A DNA stretch of 63,781 nt, the filler included, from Octopus bimaculoides (taxonomy: Eukaryota), in NCBI RefSeq assembly GCF_001194135.2. It is 8 parts of 8 records of this genome, joined end to end, with 100 filler letters (N's around TTAATTAATTAA, not from the genome) between each part and the next. Parts side by side here need not be neighbours in the genome. Positions count along the whole stretch, not along the records: positions 60,919 to 62,225 come from NC_068997.1; positions 62,326 to 63,781 come from NW_026384239.1; 6 more parts are not named here. One strand, written 5' to 3'. Positions 61,373 through 63,781 of this stretch are shown here, one piece after another. The notes beneath the pieces were generated by a model. It made no database searches, was not told the origin of the DNA, and saw only the letters and a list, made by a program, of their open reading frames with translations. Both the position numbers and the translations under genes were made by a program. Numbering within the stretch: position 1 is the first letter of the stretch; every line of letters starts with the position of its first letter.

Positions 61373-63039
61373 TTCGAGAATTCTTTTGGTTTAGAACGGG
61401 TGCACGCCGGTTTCACTCTAATGAGTGATCTTCAAGCTCTTAGATTCAGTACGGTATAACGTTTGAATCAATCAACCAAGGAATTAGTCAACAAGAGCAG
61501 CTATTTAGGCAGAGGTATAAGGTATTGTTCATAAGCAATAGGTAATTTTATACAACAAAACGAAGAATAGCCAACTAAATACCATACATAAATTATTGAA
61601 TTATTAAAACAATATTTGCTTTGAAGAAAAGCAAACTTCAGACGTAAAGACAATCTGCTTATTTTGAAGAGAAAAGAACAGCTGGAAAGAAATATTTTAT
61701 ATTCTGCCTTGGTCGACATCGTAAGCACAGCAGTTGTCCTCCCTTGACTCCAGCATGAGTAAGATTCAGTCATGCACAAAAATGAAGAACAGTTTGGTGT
61801 ATATTTTCCATAATTAATACAAAGATGGCCAGTGATATGAAGTTGAATTTATGTATCTTGAATATATTTAAAGTGGTTTACGGATATTTTTGTTACATTC
61901 GCATGTGAGCTCACTGTCTTATAATGTCATGTAATTTTTTTCAGGGTGTATTTTAAATATATATTTTATTGAAACAGTTTATAACCAATCGATGAGATGC
62001 ATGCATCACTATATTTGGATTTAGATGTAAGCGGATTATAACTATTCAGATTTATGATTAATGTAGACTTAGATGTAGATTTTACAGAAACGGATTATGA
62101 TCGTCATCTCAGTAAAAAGTTTCAGCATAATTTTTGTTCAGGAAGTTAAAAAAATTAAAGACATCAAGTATTCACAAGTTAATGCGAGAGTTCCAAATAA
62201 ACTTTAGAATATATATATATATATANNNNNNNNNNNNNNNNNNNNNNNNNNNNNNNNNNNNNNNNNNNNTTAATTAATTAANNNNNNNNNNNNNNNNNNN
62301 NNNNNNNNNNNNNNNNNNNNNNNNNTATATATATGTATATATATAAATATATGTACATGCACATACACACGCACACATATAAACAATAAGATGTGATATT
62401 ATATGTATACACACTTCCCGGTTCTGGGTTCAAATTCTGCCGAGGTCACCTTTGCTATTCATTCTTCTGCGGTCGATAAAAATACTGGGGCCCATGTAAT
62501 CAACTTTGCCCCTCCCCTCAAAAATCACTGGCGCTGTGCCAAAGTTCAAAACCATTATATGTATAGCAATAAGGATCTGCTTGCATCGATGGCTGAGTGC
62601 GTGTCTATGTGTATAATTATATGTGTGCGTATATTTATCATGTAAACACCTAATAAACAGGAAAACCTTCTATCATCATGATGTATACAAGACCAAACAA
62701 AATATAAAGGTGTACTATGTTGATTGCAGGTGCAGAATTGTTTCCACGATTAACGCCTTCTGAAAAATGCCCAATGATAAGGATATGAAACACATAGCAA
62801 TGGAATCATGACACTTTGAAATAAGTAATTGCGCTAAGATATTGAGATTTCTTTTAATTCTTCGTGTACTTCTGTGTACGAAGTCTTACATTCTACCTAC
62901 CACATTATTAATTTTTCCGAACGTACGCAAAACACGAAATAGACATTCCCTTCTATTTTTCCAAAGTGTAAACCTAATACACGCTGTTTCTTTACCTTTC
63001 CTATGCGTTATTTACAATTTTCCACCATAATTATCTATC

Positions 63040-63118
63040 TATCTATCTATCTATAATATATATATACATATATGTATATATTTATACATACATATATGTT
63101 CATACATACATGTATATA

Positions 63119-63161
<43 letters not shown>

Positions 63162-63354
63162 GTACATATATATGTAAAAACAAATAGTAAATGAGTATAT
63201 GCATATATACGTACAGGTATGTGCATACCGATATCCACCTGTATGTATAGGTGCATATCTGGGTACAGGACATTGCAAACAAAACGTAGACGAGAAAACA
63301 CACAAACCACATAGAGAACAATACAAAATTAAATAGATTTGGCTCTATATATTA

Positions 63355-63398
<44 letters not shown>

Positions 63399-63544
63399 TA
63401 TAAAATTGTATATGCTTATGTAATTAAATAGATTTGCCTATATATATATATATATATATACCAATAAAATCTCAATAATTCAGAGAAAAAAACGATTACG
63501 CACGACAAATATGTATATATATATGTGTGTATATATATGTACAT

Positions 63545-63584
<40 letters not shown>

Positions 63585-63747
63585 CACTTTCTCATTAATT
63601 AGTTAGTTTAAATTTAGTCGGCATGATATTTACATGCATGTGCGAATATGTATTCGCGCACTGAGGGATATATTCATACATACATATACATACATATATA
63701 TATTCATACATACATATGCATATATATATAAGCATATATATATATGC

Positions 63748-63781
<34 letters not shown>
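63040..63781. repeat. Compound (TATC)/(TA)/(TACA) microsatellite region; other large tracts at 16548-16710, 21705-21830, 22417-22572, 23327-23600, 28525-28800, 40764-40868, 57043-57090 and 61314-61370
   Basis: Visible simple repeats. Confidence 0.9.

Overview
AT-rich, microsatellite- and SINE-dense animal genomic DNA with many N-gaps. An octopus is most likely, plausibly the Octopus bimaculoides draft (inferred from repeat families I recognise and the TTAATTAATTAA gap padding; not verified). The only confident gene is the 3' end of mitochondrial EF-Tu (TUFM) on +: coding exons 503-654, 3290-3466 and 6206-6337, poly(A) signal at 6468. The rest is mostly decayed mobile DNA: several tRNA-derived SINE families, RTE, R4/Dong and Tx1 LINE fragments, Tigger/pogo and Tc1/mariner remnants, and MITEs. 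Most ORFs in the supplied track are microsatellite, gap or transposon artefacts. The most notable signal is a set of minimal type-I hammerhead ribozyme motifs in at least four unrelated small elements. One sits inside a 248-bp fold-back in a TUFM intron (5206-5453) and one is carried by a tRNA-headed, Pol III-type SINE-like element (19825-20133). This suggests Penelope-dependent, retrozyme-like families. Also noted: module shuffling among SINEs, a tandem R4/Dong cluster in (TAA)n, a long unexplained hairpin, a strong CTCF-like site and a few orphan exon candidates. All alignments and folds were done by eye; no searches were run.
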